Source: Gemmatimonadaceae bacterium
GTDB taxonomy: Bacteria; Gemmatimonadota; Gemmatimonadetes; Gemmatimonadales; Gemmatimonadaceae
NCBI GenBank assembly: GCA_045803545.1
Contig: JBJMOW010000006.1
Span: forward strand, 198,296 to 262,295
Reading direction: 5' to 3'
DNA: 64,000 bases
This document shows positions 16,797 through 27,922 of this stretch, in pieces. A program made the translations under genes and the position numbers. The notes below the pieces were generated by a model that saw only the letters and a program-made list of their open reading frames with translations, was not told the DNA's origin and searched no databases. Every line of letters begins with the position of its first letter. Position 1 is the stretch's first letter.

Positions 16797-18245
16797 ATGC
16801 CGGAATTGGAGGACCTTGGAGAGCGCGCCACGCCGCAGGCGACCCGCGCGCAGAATCTCCTCTACACGCTGCCGTACACCACCGAGTCGATCGCGGAGTT
16901 TCTGACGCCAGCGCTCGCACGTGTGGATCGCACTGCCGGCGGCACGCAGGTTCTCGTCGTCACGCGCGACGCGGAAACCGCTCTGACGATCTCGGAGACG
17001 ATTCTTCGCATCTCGGGTCCAGCGGGGATCGAGGTCGTTCCAGCGACCAGCGCCTCTCGCGCCGCCCGGATCTTCAAGACACGTCCGGTGCTGGCGGTCG
17101 CAGGTCCGGCGACCGAGCTCAGCGCGCTGGTAAAGAGTTCTCTGCTCAAGCTCGACACAGTTCGAACGGTCGTGCTCGCCTGGGCTGACGACATTCTCGG
17201 CGAGGGGCCGGAGGCGATCAGTGCACTCGAAGCACTGCTCGCCGAGCTCGGCGAGGCCGGACGCGTGATTGTGGTGCGCAAAGCCACCCCCGCGATTGAG
17301 AATCTGGTCGAGCGCTACGCCCGCCGGGCGCGGAGAGTGGGTCCCGCCGAAGCGGAGGCGCCAGAGGTGCCCGCTGATTACGAGCTGCCGATCATCCGCT
17401 TCGTGACGGTTGCCGCCAGTGCCCGGGCGAGCTCGCTGCGTAGGCTGCTCGACGATCTTGATCCGCCATCCGCGATTGTGGTTGCGCGCGATCAGGTCGC
17501 GGCCGACACTGCGACGCACACGCTCCGAACGCTCGGCTATCATCAGGACGACAAGACTATCAACGTCACCCGCGGAGATTTCGGAAGCGCGACCGCTCAC
17601 ACCGTGATCTTCTACCAGCCGCCGGTGACGCCGGCGGAGCTGCAGCGCATCGCATCTGCGCGGCCAGTGGAGGTAGTTGCGCTCGCAACCCCGGGCGAAG
17701 TGCCGTGGCTCCGTGAGCTGGCTAGCGGAAGACTGACTCCGCTGAACTTGCACGGACCGGAACGCCGCGCCCGCAACCGCGAGGAAGCGCTGCGTGAAGA
17801 GCTGCGCGCCGTGCTCGCGAACGGCGTTCCGCCACGCGAGGTGTTGTCACTGGAACCGCTTCTTCGAGAGTACGATGCCACCGAGCTTGCGGCGGCGGCG
17901 CTGCACATGCTCGAGAGGGAGCGGGCTCAACGACGCGCGGCGGAAGCGAACCAGGCGCCGGCTGCGCGACCCAAGCCGCCTGAAGGCGATCGCCCGCGCG
18001 AGCGCGAACGAGACCGCGATCGTGGAGCTCCGCGGGAACGGGACCGCGATCGCGGAGCTCCGAGGGGACGGAGCTTCGACCGAGGTGAGCGCAACGATCG
18101 AGGCGATCGCGGCCCCCGTGGTCCTTCATTCGACCGCGGCGATCGCGACAGCCGTGGCGGCGATCGTGGTGACCGAGGACGTCCGTTCGACCGCGGACGC
18201 CCCAACCGCGGCGGTGGTCCGCGACGTGATCGCGATCGCTCGTGA
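16797..18245 (+). CDS. Degenerate DEAD-box (DeaD/CsdA-like) helicase homolog with R/G/D-rich tail
   Basis: Collinear with the DEAD-box core ('[12 protein letters not shown]', '[18 protein letters not shown]', '[14 protein letters not shown]', '[11 protein letters not shown]'), but motifs I, II and VI are altered; GAGG before ATG. Confidence 0.7.
   Translation: MPELEDLGERATPQATRAQNLLYTLPYTTESIAEFLTPALARVDRTAGGTQVLVVTRDAETALTISETILRISGPAGIEVVPATSASRAARIFKTRPVLAVAGPATELSALVKSSLLKLDTVRTVVLAWADDILGEGPEAISALEALLAELGEAGRVIVVRKATPAIENLVERYARRARRVGPAEAEAPEVPADYELPIIRFVTVAASARASSLRRLLDDLDPPSAIVVARDQVAADTATHTLRTLGYHQDDKTINVTRGDFGSATAHTVIFYQPPVTPAELQRIASARPVEVVALATPGEVPWLRELASGRLTPLNLHGPERRARNREEALREELRAVLANGVPPREVLSLEPLLREYDATELAAAALHMLERERAQRRAAEANQAPAARPKPPEGDRPRERERDRDRGAPRERDRDRGAPRGRSFDRGERNDRGDRGPRGPSFDRGDRDSRGGDRGDRGRPFDRGRPNRGGGPRRDRDRS
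17985..18240 (+). repeat. Coding low-complexity repeats (DRDRGAPR x2, FDRG x3)
   Basis: Imperfect 30-nt direct repeat at about 18012-18071 and repeated TTCGACCG units. Confidence 0.75.
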
Positions 18246-18862
18246 GCGGACCGAGCGGTCCGTTCCACCAAAGCGGTGGATGGGTTGAAGTCATTGCCGG
18301 CGTGATGTTCAGCGGCAAGAGCGAGGAGCTCATTCGCCGAGTTCGTCGCGCGGTCATTGCCAGGAAGCGGGTTCAGGTCTTCAAGTCCCATCTCGACGCG
18401 CGATACGCGGGGATCTACTCGATCTCGAGCCACGATGGCCGCACTGTCCAGGCGGTTCCTGCCGACTCCGCCGCCCAAATCGGCCAGCAGATCGACCCCA
18501 TGGCTCATGTCGTCGCAATCGACGAGGCTCAGTTCATGGACAAGGGGATAATCCCGCTGGTGACCTCGCTGGCAAGTCGTGGCAGGCGCGTAATCGTGGC
18601 CGGAACCGACACCGACTTTCGCGGGGAACCCTTCGGAGCAATGCCGGAACTAATGGCTATAGCAGAGGTTGTGGACAAGCTGCACGCGATTTGCGTTTTA
18701 TGCGGGGGCCCAGCTAGCCGCAATCAACGGCTGATTGAGGGTCGGCCGGCGCCGTACAACTCGCCCCAGATCATGGTTGGCGGGACCGAGTCGTACGAAG
18801 CCCGATGTCGGATGTGCCACAGTGTTCCAGCGGGTGATGCCGCCCAGGTTCCACTGCTCTGA
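18242..18862 (+). CDS. tdk: Thymidine kinase
   Basis: '[14 protein letters not shown]','IDEAQF','[12 protein letters not shown]', Zn cysteines 'AICVLCG' and 'YEARCRMC'; GTGA overlap with the upstream gene. Confidence 0.96.
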   Translation: MSGPSGPFHQSGGWVEVIAGVMFSGKSEELIRRVRRAVIARKRVQVFKSHLDARYAGIYSISSHDGRTVQAVPADSAAQIGQQIDPMAHVVAIDEAQFMDKGIIPLVTSLASRGRRVIVAGTDTDFRGEPFGAMPELMAIAEVVDKLHAICVLCGGPASRNQRLIEGRPAPYNSPQIMVGGTESYEARCRMCHSVPAGDAAQVPLL

Positions 18863-18987
18863 CACCGCGTATTTCTGTCAGAGAAATGTCAGCAAAGCTG
18901 CAAGCAGCTGTTTAAGCGTGACAGGGATGGGCTGCGTTCCTATCTTGGCCACGTAAGGCGGCTGAATTCCACCTCAATCCAGGGAAA

Positions 18988-19662
18988 ATGATTCTCATCG
19001 GACTGACCGGAAACATCGCCAGCGGCAAGTCGGAAGTCGCCCGCATGCTCTCCGAGCGCGGCGCGACATTGATCGACGCCGATGTGCTCTCCCGCGAGGC
19101 AGTCGAGCCTGATACCCAGGCGCTCAAGGACATCGTCAAGCGTTGGGGAAAGGATGTACTCAAGAGTGACGGCAGCCTCGACCGAGGCGCGCTTCGTCAA
19201 ATCGTGTTCGCGGATCAGAACGAGCTGGACGCACTCAATCGAATCGTTCATCCGGGAGTGACCCGACTTCGGGATCGTGAGATTGCAAAGGCGCGGGAGC
19301 GTGGAGACGACCTGGTCGTCTGCGTGATCCCGCTTCTTTTTGAGCGCAACCTTGTCGATGAGTTCGACTCGATCGTACTCGTTGATGCCCCGCGACCGCT
19401 GCGCCTCGAGCGGCTGGTGAGAACGCGCGGTCTCGATGAGACCGACGCGATGAACATGATCGTTTCGCAAATGCCCGCCGAGCTCAAGCGCGCGCGCGCC
19501 GACTACGTTATCGAGAATAACGGTTCACTGAAGGACCTGGAGCGCGATGTCGACGAGCTCTGGAGCTCTCTTCACGTCGATGCTCAAGAGTCCGCCGCGC
19601 CGATAATAGAGCTGACTGCGGGGTTCGAGCCGAGCCCCGCGCCCGCAGCGCAGCTTTCTTGA
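18988..19662 (+). CDS. coaE: Dephospho-CoA kinase
   Basis: 'IGLTGNIASGKS','IDADVLSR','LNRIVHP','IPLLFE','SQMP','ADYVIENNG'. Confidence 0.96.
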   Translation: MILIGLTGNIASGKSEVARMLSERGATLIDADVLSREAVEPDTQALKDIVKRWGKDVLKSDGSLDRGALRQIVFADQNELDALNRIVHPGVTRLRDREIAKARERGDDLVVCVIPLLFERNLVDEFDSIVLVDAPRPLRLERLVRTRGLDETDAMNMIVSQMPAELKRARADYVIENNGSLKDLERDVDELWSSLHVDAQESAAPIIELTAGFEPSPAPAAQLS

Positions 19663-19729
19663 CTCCGTTTCAGGACGCCGATTAGACTTCGCGCCCTGAA
19701 CTGGGCGCGACTCTATCAGCGGAGAATTT

Positions 19730-20113
19730 GTGGCAAACGTCCCTGGCGATCTCAACTACACCGAAGAGCACGAGTACGTGCGCAAGGGTAAGGACGGCAA
19801 CGTCGAGATCGGAATTACCGACTACGCTCAGGGTGAGCTTGGCGACGTCGTGTACATCGAGCTGCCGAAAGTTGGCGCAAAGTTCAATAAGCACGATGTG
19901 TTCGGCACGATCGAGGCGGTCAAGGCAGTCTCGGAGCTATTCTCGCCAATTTCCGGCGAAGTCGTCGCGATCAACGACCGCCTCGACAAGGAGCCGGCGC
20001 TCGTCAACTCGGACCCTTATGGTGCGGGTTGGATGATCCGGATCAAGCCGAGCAATCAATCAGAGATCAGCGCGCTAATGGATTCCGGCGCCTACGGTAA
20101 GCACATCGGGTAG
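19730..20113 (+). CDS. gcvH: Glycine cleavage system H protein
   Basis: 'YTEEHEYV','GITDYAQGELGDVVYIELP', lipoyl-lysine 'EAVKAVSE','NSDPYGAGW'. Confidence 0.97.
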   Translation: MANVPGDLNYTEEHEYVRKGKDGNVEIGITDYAQGELGDVVYIELPKVGAKFNKHDVFGTIEAVKAVSELFSPISGEVVAINDRLDKEPALVNSDPYGAGWMIRIKPSNQSEISALMDSGAYGKHIG

Positions 20114-20692
20114 TTAGTCGCAGTGCGGCATTGTTTCTAGTTTACCCACCGCTTGCGAAATGGGGTGCGTGGCAAATTCCTCCTGAGTCTTCGCAGCCAG
20201 TGCGTCCGCGGCGTGAAGGCTGGTCGTGTCGACCGAAAACAAGTTGTCGAAGCCGTACATCCGAACCAGCAGAACACGAGTCTTTGCTCCACCAACGTCA
20301 AAAGGCTCGAACCGCAACATTCTCACATAGTCGCAGACCGCGCTGCGAAGCTCACTGGGCGAGGAATTGATGAACGTGACTGTCTGCTGCTCTACACGGC
20401 CAGTCGTATCGATTACAAATGCAACAACGGGGAAGCCGATTGGGCCTCGTCCGTCCCGTCGAATAGGGTAACGCGGCCCGGGACGCATATGCACCGTGGT
20501 ATCCCGACGGAGGCCGGTTGGATCACCGGTAATCCCGTCGGGATCGCGAAAGCGATGCGTCTGGATGGTCACTGAGTTGTTCTGCAGCGTGGTCGTCGTC
20601 TGAGCCAGTAAAGCGCTCCTCGGCGCCGTGATCTCAGAGAGCAGCAACCCGGCGGCGGCCAGCAGGCAGCAGACCGTTCCTCTCTTAGTCAA
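20114..20692 (-). CDS. TonB C-terminal domain-like exported protein
   Basis: Signal-like N-terminus, 'PRYP...[13 protein letters not shown]...[13 protein letters not shown]'; TTG 20692 overlaps the gcvP stop. Confidence 0.6.
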   Translation of the reverse strand: MTKRGTVCCLLAAAGLLLSEITAPRSALLAQTTTTLQNNSVTIQTHRFRDPDGITGDPTGLRRDTTVHMRPGPRYPIRRDGRGPIGFPVVAFVIDTTGRVEQQTVTFINSSPSELRSAVCDYVRMLRFEPFDVGGAKTRVLLVRMYGFDNLFSVDTTSLHAADALAAKTQEEFATHPISQAVGKLETMPHCD

Positions 20693-23592
20693 GCCTCTGC
20701 TTCGACGTACGAATCGGTGGGCGGACAGGAACAAATAAGATTCCGATCCCCATAAGCCGATTCAACCCGCGCCACCGCCGGCCAGAACTTGAAGTCGTGC
20801 GTCCACGCCGCCGGAAATGCGGCGCGCTCGCGCGTGTATGGATGCGTCCACGCAGATGCTGTAACGCGACTCACCGGATGCGGCGCGTTCTTTAGCACGT
20901 TGTCCTGACGATCGGCCTCGCCGCTCTCGATCTCATTTATCTCCTCGCGAATCGAGATCATCGCCTCGCAGAATCGATCGAGCTCCTCCTTCGGCTCGCT
21001 CTCTGTCGGCTCGATCATCAGCGTGCCCGGAACCGGAAACGACACCGTCGGCGCGTGGAATCCGTAATCCATTAGCCGTTTGGCGATATCTTCGACGTCG
21101 ACCCCGCTCGCCTGCTTCACTACGCGCGTGTCGATGATGCACTCGTGCGCGATCGTTCCGTGCGCGCCTTTGTACAGCACCGGGAACGAGGCCTCGAGAC
21201 GCTTCGCGATGTAGTTCGCGTTGAGAATCGCGATCTTGCTCGCGAACCCCAGCCCTTCGCCTCCCATAAGCTTGATATAAGCGAGTGAGATCGGAAGAAT
21301 ACTTGCGCTGCCCCATGGCGCTGCCGACACGGCGCCAACCTGGTCGCGACCATCGAGACGTACCACCGGATGCCCGGGGAGGAACGGCACCAGATGCTTC
21401 GCCACTCCGATCGGCCCCATCCCCGGTCCGCCGCCGCCGTGCGGAATGCAGAAGGTCTTGTGGAGATTGAGGTGGCAGACGTCAGCGCCAATGTCCGACG
21501 GCCGGCAGAGTCCCACCATTGCATTCATGTTGGCGCCGTCCATGTAGACCTGCCCGCCGTACTTGTGCACGACCTCGCAGATCTCGACGATCGACTCCTC
21601 GAACACACCGTGGGTCGACGGATAAGTGACCATCAACGCCGCCAGATTGAGCGCGTGCTCCGCCGCCTTCGCTCTCAAATCAGCGACGTCGATATTACCG
21701 CGGTCATCGGTTTTCACGACGACCACCCGCATTCCCGCCATCACCGCGCTCGCCGGATTCGTACCGTGCGCGGACTGTGGAATCAGGCAGATGTTGCGGT
21801 GCGCTTCGTTTCTCGACGCATGATAGGCATGGATCACCAGCAATCCCGCCAACTCGCCCTGTGATCCTGCGTTTGGCTGCAGCGACACCGCGGCGAATCC
21901 GGTGATCTCAGCGAGCGCACTCTCCAGCTCATCGAACAGCTGTCGATAGCCATCGGTCTGATCGAGCGGCGCGAAAGGATGGATCTTCGCGAAGCCGGGC
22001 CACGTGATCGGCATCATCTCCGCTGTCGCGTTGAGCTTCATCGTGCACGAGCCGAGCGGAATCATCGAGTGAACCAGCGACAGATCACGCGACTGCAGCT
22101 TGTTCATGTAGCGAAGCATCTCGGTCTCAGCGTGATGCTTGTTGAACACCGGATGCGTCAGGAACGGCGTCGTGCGATTGAACCGCTCGTCGTACCGCGT
22201 GTCTGCGTTGAGCGCGAGATCATCGACGCCGAAATCAGGATCCTTTCCGCCATTGAAAGCAGCAAGGAGGTTTGCGATGTCGTCGTCCTTCACCGTCTCG
22301 TCGAGCGCGATGCAGATCGTCCGATCCTCCATGAACCGAACATTGATCCGGCGGCCCTGCGCCTCATCGATGATCGACTGGGCGTTGCGCTTGCCCACCG
22401 CGACACGGATGGTGTCGAAGAAATCGTCGTGGACGATGGTGAACCCAAGTCGACGCAGACCTTCGCTCAATGCCGCGGCGTAGCCGTGAGTCCGACGTGC
22501 GATCCGAGTCAGTCCCTGTGGTCCGTGATAAACGGCATACATGCTCGCCACCACCGCCAGCAGGACCTGCGCAGTGCAGACGTTGCTGGTGGCCTTCTCG
22601 CGCCGGATGTGCTGTTCGCGTGTCTGCAGCGCCATTCTCAGCGCGGGCTTGCCATCGGCATCCCGCGAAAGTCCGATGATGCGTCCCGGAATGTGTCGCT
22701 TGAATTCGTCCCGCGTGGCGAAGTACGCCGCGTGTGGGCCGCCGTAGCCGAGCGGAACGCCAAACCGCTGGGTATTGCCGACGACGATGTCGGCTCCCCA
22801 CTCGCCGGGCGGAGTCAGCAACACAAGGCTGAGAATGTCCGCCGCAACTGTGACCAGCGCGTCCTTGGAGTGAGCCTGTTCGACCGTCTTGCTGTAGTCG
22901 CACACAGCGCCATCGGTCGACGGATATTGGAGGAGGACACCGAACACGTCAGCCGTGATTCTGAAATCCTCGAACGGCGTGACGCGCACCTGAATACCGC
23001 GTACACCTGCTCGCGTCTTCACCACATCGATCGTTTGCGGGTGACACTCTGCCGCGACGAGGAAGACTTCTTTGCCTTCCTTGCCCTTGAGGGCGTAGCT
23101 CATCGTCATCGCTTCAGCCGCCGCCGTCGCCTCGTCCAACAGTGATGCGTTGGCGATTTCCATCGCCGTCAGATCCATCACCATCGTCTGAAAATTGAGC
23201 AGAGCTTCCAGGCGTCCTTGTGCGATCTCGGCCTGATAGGGGGTATACGCCGTGTACCACCCTGGGTTCTCGATGATGTTGCGCTGAATCACCGGCGGCG
23301 TGACGGTGTCGGAGTAGCCCATGCCGATGAAGGAGCGGAAGACCTGATTCTTGGCGGCAAGAGCGCGGAAGTAGGTCAACACCTCGGCCTCGGTGAGGCC
23401 CATTGGCAGCTCCAGCGGCTGACGCGCCCGGATATTCCTCGGAACCGTCGCATCTATTAGCGCATCGAGCGAGGGAAAGCCGATAAACTTCACCATCTCG
23501 GCCACGTCTCGCTCGTCGGGTCCTACGTGTCTTGGAATGAACGATTCCGCGGGCGGAATCGCGGTTTCAACGTGCTTGATTGTGGTACTCAT
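20689..23592 (-). CDS. gcvP: Glycine dehydrogenase (aminomethyl-transferring), single-chain P protein
   Basis: '[17 protein letters not shown]','[14 protein letters not shown]','[11 protein letters not shown]', PLP lysine 'HLNLHKTF','[10 protein letters not shown]'. Confidence 0.98.
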   Translation of the reverse strand: MSTTIKHVETAIPPAESFIPRHVGPDERDVAEMVKFIGFPSLDALIDATVPRNIRARQPLELPMGLTEAEVLTYFRALAAKNQVFRSFIGMGYSDTVTPPVIQRNIIENPGWYTAYTPYQAEIAQGRLEALLNFQTMVMDLTAMEIANASLLDEATAAAEAMTMSYALKGKEGKEVFLVAAECHPQTIDVVKTRAGVRGIQVRVTPFEDFRITADVFGVLLQYPSTDGAVCDYSKTVEQAHSKDALVTVAADILSLVLLTPPGEWGADIVVGNTQRFGVPLGYGGPHAAYFATRDEFKRHIPGRIIGLSRDADGKPALRMALQTREQHIRREKATSNVCTAQVLLAVVASMYAVYHGPQGLTRIARRTHGYAAALSEGLRRLGFTIVHDDFFDTIRVAVGKRNAQSIIDEAQGRRINVRFMEDRTICIALDETVKDDDIANLLAAFNGGKDPDFGVDDLALNADTRYDERFNRTTPFLTHPVFNKHHAETEMLRYMNKLQSRDLSLVHSMIPLGSCTMKLNATAEMMPITWPGFAKIHPFAPLDQTDGYRQLFDELESALAEITGFAAVSLQPNAGSQGELAGLLVIHAYHASRNEAHRNICLIPQSAHGTNPASAVMAGMRVVVVKTDDRGNIDVADLRAKAAEHALNLAALMVTYPSTHGVFEESIVEICEVVHKYGGQVYMDGANMNAMVGLCRPSDIGADVCHLNLHKTFCIPHGGGGPGMGPIGVAKHLVPFLPGHPVVRLDGRDQVGAVSAAPWGSASILPISLAYIKLMGGEGLGFASKIAILNANYIAKRLEASFPVLYKGAHGTIAHECIIDTRVVKQASGVDVEDIAKRLMDYGFHAPTVSFPVPGTLMIEPTESEPKEELDRFCEAMISIREEINEIESGEADRQDNVLKNAPHPVSRVTASAWTHPYTRERAAFPAAWTHDFKFWPAVARVESAYGDRNLICSCPPTDSYVEAEA

Positions 23593-23614
23593 AGGAGTGA
23601 CAATTTAACACTCT

Positions 23615-24406
23615 ATGCACCCCCGGCGAAGCAATCGGCGCTGGCGCTTTCTCGTCGCGCCGCCGCGATCCGGCGCTGAAAATATGGCGCGAGATGTAGC
23701 GCTCCAGGCCCGTGCTGCGCGCACTGGCGAAGCGGTGTTCAGCATCTACACCTGGATGCGACCGACGCTGTCCTTCGGCCGCAATCAGACAGCCGCCGGC
23801 TTGTACGATCTGGAAAGGATTCGCGCCGCCAAGATCGACGTGGTGCGTCGGCCGACCGGCGGACGCGCGATCCTTCATCACCGCGAAGTGACCTATAGCG
23901 TTACGGCGCCAATCGAAGACGAAAGCCTGCACGCCACCTACTCCGCCATCAATCGCATCTTGCAGCTGGGGCTGAGCACTCTGGGTGTTCTTGTCGAGGT
24001 CGCTGCCGGATCGCCCCGCGCCGAGGCTCCTGATATCAGACCGTGCTTCGAGACGCCGGCGAAGGGCGAGCTTGTTGCCGACGGCGCCAAGCTCGTTGGC
24101 AGCGCACAGTGGCGTGAAAACGGTGCGTTGTTGCAACACGGCTCCATCCTCGTCGATGATGACCAGTCGTCACTTCTCGACCTCTCGGTCAAACCGGTCG
24201 AAAGCGAGAGCTGGAGGCCGCCTGCTTCGTTGCAGTCGCTGCTCGGCCGTGCTCCGGATGCAGCGGAGGTCGCCATCGCGATGCGTGATGCGGTGCGATC
24301 GCTCGAGGATGCGGAGTTGACCGATCTGGACGAACGCGAAGTGCGCGCGGCTATGTTCGAGCGCGTCCCGCAATTTCTCGACGAGGGGTGGACATGGCGG
24401 CGGTGA
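23615..24406 (+). CDS. Lipoate-protein ligase family, LipM-like octanoyltransferase
   Basis: 'NMARD','PTLSFGRNQ','VRRPTGGRAILH','CF' cysteine,'KLVGSAQ','LLQHGSI'; no LplA C-terminal domain. Confidence 0.8.
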   Translation: MHPRRSNRRWRFLVAPPRSGAENMARDVALQARAARTGEAVFSIYTWMRPTLSFGRNQTAAGLYDLERIRAAKIDVVRRPTGGRAILHHREVTYSVTAPIEDESLHATYSAINRILQLGLSTLGVLVEVAAGSPRAEAPDIRPCFETPAKGELVADGAKLVGSAQWRENGALLQHGSILVDDDQSSLLDLSVKPVESESWRPPASLQSLLGRAPDAAEVAIAMRDAVRSLEDAELTDLDEREVRAAMFERVPQFLDEGWTWRR

Positions 24407-26091
24407 AGTACACGAGCGTCCTTTGCGCGCTGTTGCTTTGCGGGTGCGGCGGTGAGTCGGGCAGGACTGCCGGTGGAACAGTCGCGATCGCCGCGGGCAG
24501 CGACCCGGGCACGTTCATTCCTGCGCTTGTACAGACGACGACGGCCGCCGAAATCGTGGACATGGTTTACGACAGACTCGCCGATATCGGAGACTCGCTG
24601 AACATCGTCGGCGATCGTGGCTTCACGCCAAGACTCGCCGACCGCTGGACCTGGTCCCGCGATTCACTAAGCATCGCGTTCCACCTCAACCCGAACGCGA
24701 AGTGGCACGACGGCCAGCCGGTGCGCTCGAACGATGTCCGCTTCACAATCGCCACTACCAAAGATTCGTCGCTCGCCGCACCTACTGCGTCCGTCATCAC
24801 GAATGTCGACTCGGTCAGCACGCCAGACTCCGCCACCGCAGTCTTCTGGTTTCATACGCGCTCGCCACAGCAGTTCTACGACGCGGTGTTTCAGAATCCA
24901 ATCATACCCGAACACGTCTGGAAAAACGTGGCCCCCGCCGCCTGGCGCGCCGCCGCGCAAGCTAAAAATCCGATTGGCTCCGGGCGCTATCGTTTCGTAC
25001 GCTGGATTCCTTCAGTGGCCGTCGAGCTAGCCGCGGATACAGCGAATTATCGAGGAGCCCCGAAGATCAGGAGGTTGATCTGGAGCATTGCTCCCGACTT
25101 CAACACCTTGCTCACCCGCTTCGTCGGCGGTGAGATAGACGTGTTCGAAAACCTGCGACCTGAGAATGTCGCCGCGGTTCAGAAGCAGGGCCTCGGTGTC
25201 AAGCTCAATCCGTGGCTCGCCTACACCTTCATGGCCTTTAATCTTCGCGATCCCGGCAACCACGATCGACCGCACCCCCTGTTTGGGAATCGCGATCTGC
25301 GTAGGGCGTTGACAATGGCGGTGGATAGAGGCGCGATCGTGCGCGCCGCTTTCGATACTCTCGCGCTGCCGGCGCTTGGTCCGACTGTGCGAGCGTATCC
25401 GTCGACAGATCCTAAGATCACGCAAATTCCTTATGACCTGGCTGCTGCACGCAAGCTCCTCGACTCACTCGGCTGGCGCGTCTCGGGCAGCGATAGCATG
25501 CGCGTACGCAGTCGCCGTCCCCTCCGATTCTCCATCTCGGTCCCAGCGACTAGCGCTTTACGCATAAAAATGGCGGTGCTGATTCAGGAACAGCTGCGGC
25601 ACGCTGGTGTGCAGGTCGATGTCGAGCAGCTGGCGTTGCCGGCGATAATCGACAAGGCTGGCAAGCACACCTTCGATGCCATCATCGGTCAGTGGAACAC
25701 CCAACCAAGTCCCGGCGCGGTGCGCGGATCCTGGGGCATAGCTTCGTCCCGCGCCAACGGGAATAACTGGGGATCGTACGAAAGTCCGACCTTCGACGCG
25801 TACGTCGACAGCGCCGTCAACTCGTTCGACGCCGCCAGGCAGCGACAGTATTTCACGAAGGCGTACGAGACCATAAACAACGACGCTCCGGCAATCTGGC
25901 TCGCGGAGCCGCGTCAGATCTTCGGATATCACTCGCGAATCCAACTGGCGCCGATGAGAGCAGATGCGTGGTGGGCACATTTGCCCGACTGGTCGATTCC
26001 CGCGGACAAACGCATCGGCCGAGACAGCATTCCGCCATCGCCGGCCGCGACGACCGCGCCGGCCGAATCGGCGGCCAAGAAGACTCCCTAG
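24403..26091 (+). CDS. Peptide ABC transporter substrate-binding lipoprotein (OppA/DppA family 5)
   Basis: Lipobox 'LCGC','PRLADRW','AKWHDGQPV..NDVRFT','PIGSGRYRF','LRRALTMAVDR'; GTGA overlap. Confidence 0.9.
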   Translation: MKYTSVLCALLLCGCGGESGRTAGGTVAIAAGSDPGTFIPALVQTTTAAEIVDMVYDRLADIGDSLNIVGDRGFTPRLADRWTWSRDSLSIAFHLNPNAKWHDGQPVRSNDVRFTIATTKDSSLAAPTASVITNVDSVSTPDSATAVFWFHTRSPQQFYDAVFQNPIIPEHVWKNVAPAAWRAAAQAKNPIGSGRYRFVRWIPSVAVELAADTANYRGAPKIRRLIWSIAPDFNTLLTRFVGGEIDVFENLRPENVAAVQKQGLGVKLNPWLAYTFMAFNLRDPGNHDRPHPLFGNRDLRRALTMAVDRGAIVRAAFDTLALPALGPTVRAYPSTDPKITQIPYDLAAARKLLDSLGWRVSGSDSMRVRSRRPLRFSISVPATSALRIKMAVLIQEQLRHAGVQVDVEQLALPAIIDKAGKHTFDAIIGQWNTQPSPGAVRGSWGIASSRANGNNWGSYESPTFDAYVDSAVNSFDAARQRQYFTKAYETINNDAPAIWLAEPRQIFGYHSRIQLAPMRADAWWAHLPDWSIPADKRIGRDSIPPSPAATTAPAESAAKKTP

Positions 26092-26094
26092 CGA

Positions 26095-27066
26095 GTGCTC
26101 CGCTACTTCGCCCGCCGGCTCGGCCAGGCGGCGGTCATCGTCGCGATCGTCGCCGCAATCGCATTTCTTCTCATCCATCTGGCGCCGGGCGATCCCTTCA
26201 GCGCGATACTCGACAACCCAAACGTCGCGGAGAAAGTGCGCACGACGCTGCGCGCGCAATACGGTCTGGATCGTCCGCTCGCCGAACAGTTCGTGCGTTA
26301 CGTGAATGCGCTCGCACATGGTGAGCTCGGATGGTCGTTCTCACACGATCAGCCGGTGAGTGAAGTACTCGCGAGCGCCTTACCGAATACGTTGCTACTG
26401 ATGTCGGTGGCGCTGGTGGGAAGCTTTGTGCTTGGAATACTCGTAGCCCTTGTCCAGGTCGCGCGACGCGGCACATTCACCGATCACGCGCTGAGCGGCA
26501 TCACACTGTTCTTCTTTTCCATGCCTGACTTCTGGCTCGGCATCCTCGCCCTGCTCGCGTTCACTTACTGGCTGCCGATTTTTCCAGTCGGCGGCGCGGT
26601 CGATCCGGTGATGCACGAATTCCTTGGCCTCGGCGGGCGCATCATGGACAGACTGCGCCATCTGGCGTTGCCGAGCATCACACTGATTCTGCTCGCATCA
26701 GCGAGCGTTGCCCGTTTCCAGCGCGCCGCGCTGCTCGATGTATTACCCGCCGATTATATCCGCACCGCGCGGCTCAAAGGCCTCACCGAGCGACAGGTGC
26801 TGGCGCGACATGCGCTCCGGAACGCTCTGCTGCCGATCATCACGCTCGTCGGTCTGTCTTTCCCTGCTCTCCTCACCGGCGCGTTCTTCATCGAGAAGAT
26901 TTTCGCGTGGCCCGGCATGGGCTACGCGGTCGTCAACGCCATCGGCTCGCGCGACTATCCGCTCGTTGTTGGCGGTGTAATCATCGGCAGCATCATGGTG
27001 ACGGTTGGCAGCTTGCTGGCGGATCTACTCTATGCCTGGGCAGATCCCAGACTCCGCGGTCACTGA
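26095..27066 (+). CDS. Peptide ABC permease (OppB/DppB)
   Basis: 'LAPGDP','YGLDRPL..QF','DYIRTARLKGL','HALRNALLP','IEKIFAWPG'. Confidence 0.93.
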   Translation: MLRYFARRLGQAAVIVAIVAAIAFLLIHLAPGDPFSAILDNPNVAEKVRTTLRAQYGLDRPLAEQFVRYVNALAHGELGWSFSHDQPVSEVLASALPNTLLLMSVALVGSFVLGILVALVQVARRGTFTDHALSGITLFFFSMPDFWLGILALLAFTYWLPIFPVGGAVDPVMHEFLGLGGRIMDRLRHLALPSITLILLASASVARFQRAALLDVLPADYIRTARLKGLTERQVLARHALRNALLPIITLVGLSFPALLTGAFFIEKIFAWPGMGYAVVNAIGSRDYPLVVGGVIIGSIMVTVGSLLADLLYAWADPRLRGH

Positions 27067-27922
27067 CCCCGCGCGGCCGCGCCAATCGCCGCTCGCGCTC
27101 GGCGTGCGCGCGATTCTGCGCAAGCGCTCCTCGCGCATCGCGCTCGCCGTGCTTGGCGTGATCGTTGTGATCGCCGTGCTGGCGCCGCTTCTCGCGCCGT
27201 ACGACCCGTCAGCGCAGCCAGACATCGTCAGCGGCAAGGATTTATCGCCTTCACTCGCGCACCCATTTGGAACCGATCCTTACAGCAGGGATGTCTTGAG
27301 CCGGGTGATTTACGGCGCGCGGCTGTCATTGACCATCGGCATCCTTGCGACACTGGTCAGCCTGACATTCGGTGTCGCATACGGCGCTGTGTCGGGTTAC
27401 CTCGGCGGAATCATCGACGCGATCATGATGCGTTTTCTCGACGCGCTGCTTTCCATTCCTCGACTGCTGCTTCTCCTCGGCGTGCTGGTCGCGTGGCCAC
27501 ACCTCTCGATCGGGGCGCTGATCGTCTTCCTCGGACTTACTGGCTGGTTCGGGCTCAGTCGCATTGTCAGAGGTCAGGTTCTTGCGTTGAAACACGCTGA
27601 ATTCGTCACTGCCGCAGAGGCGCTTGGTGCAAGTCGGCGACGGATTCTGGTGCGACACCTGCTGCCGAATCTCGTCTCGCCAATCGCTGTTGCGGCAACT
27701 TTGGGAATCGCACACGTGATCGTGCTCGAGGCTGGACTTTCATTCCTCGGGATTGGGGTGCCCCAGCCGATTGCCAGTTGGGGCAACATTATTTACGACG
27801 GCGCCGATCAGATTGCGCGCCTTTGGTGGATGTCGTTGTTTCCGGGACTGTTTATGGTGATAACGGTGATGACACTGAACGTGCTCGGCGAATCTTTACG
27901 CGACGTCTACGAGAGACGATGA
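27032..27922 (+). CDS. Peptide ABC permease (OppC/DppC); start uncertain (27032 or 27104)
   Basis: 'HPFGTDPYSRDVLSRVIYGARLSL','EFVTAAEALGA','HLLPN','EAGLSFLGIG'. Confidence 0.92.
   Translation: MPGQIPDSAVTDPARPRQSPLALGVRAILRKRSSRIALAVLGVIVVIAVLAPLLAPYDPSAQPDIVSGKDLSPSLAHPFGTDPYSRDVLSRVIYGARLSLTIGILATLVSLTFGVAYGAVSGYLGGIIDAIMMRFLDALLSIPRLLLLLGVLVAWPHLSIGALIVFLGLTGWFGLSRIVRGQVLALKHAEFVTAAEALGASRRRILVRHLLPNLVSPIAVAATLGIAHVIVLEAGLSFLGIGVPQPIASWGNIIYDGADQIARLWWMSLFPGLFMVITVMTLNVLGESLRDVYERR

Noticed and set aside
17985..18240. Possible CRISPR-like or mobile repeat array
   Set aside because: Repeats are in-frame, degenerate and lack unique spacers; no cas genes
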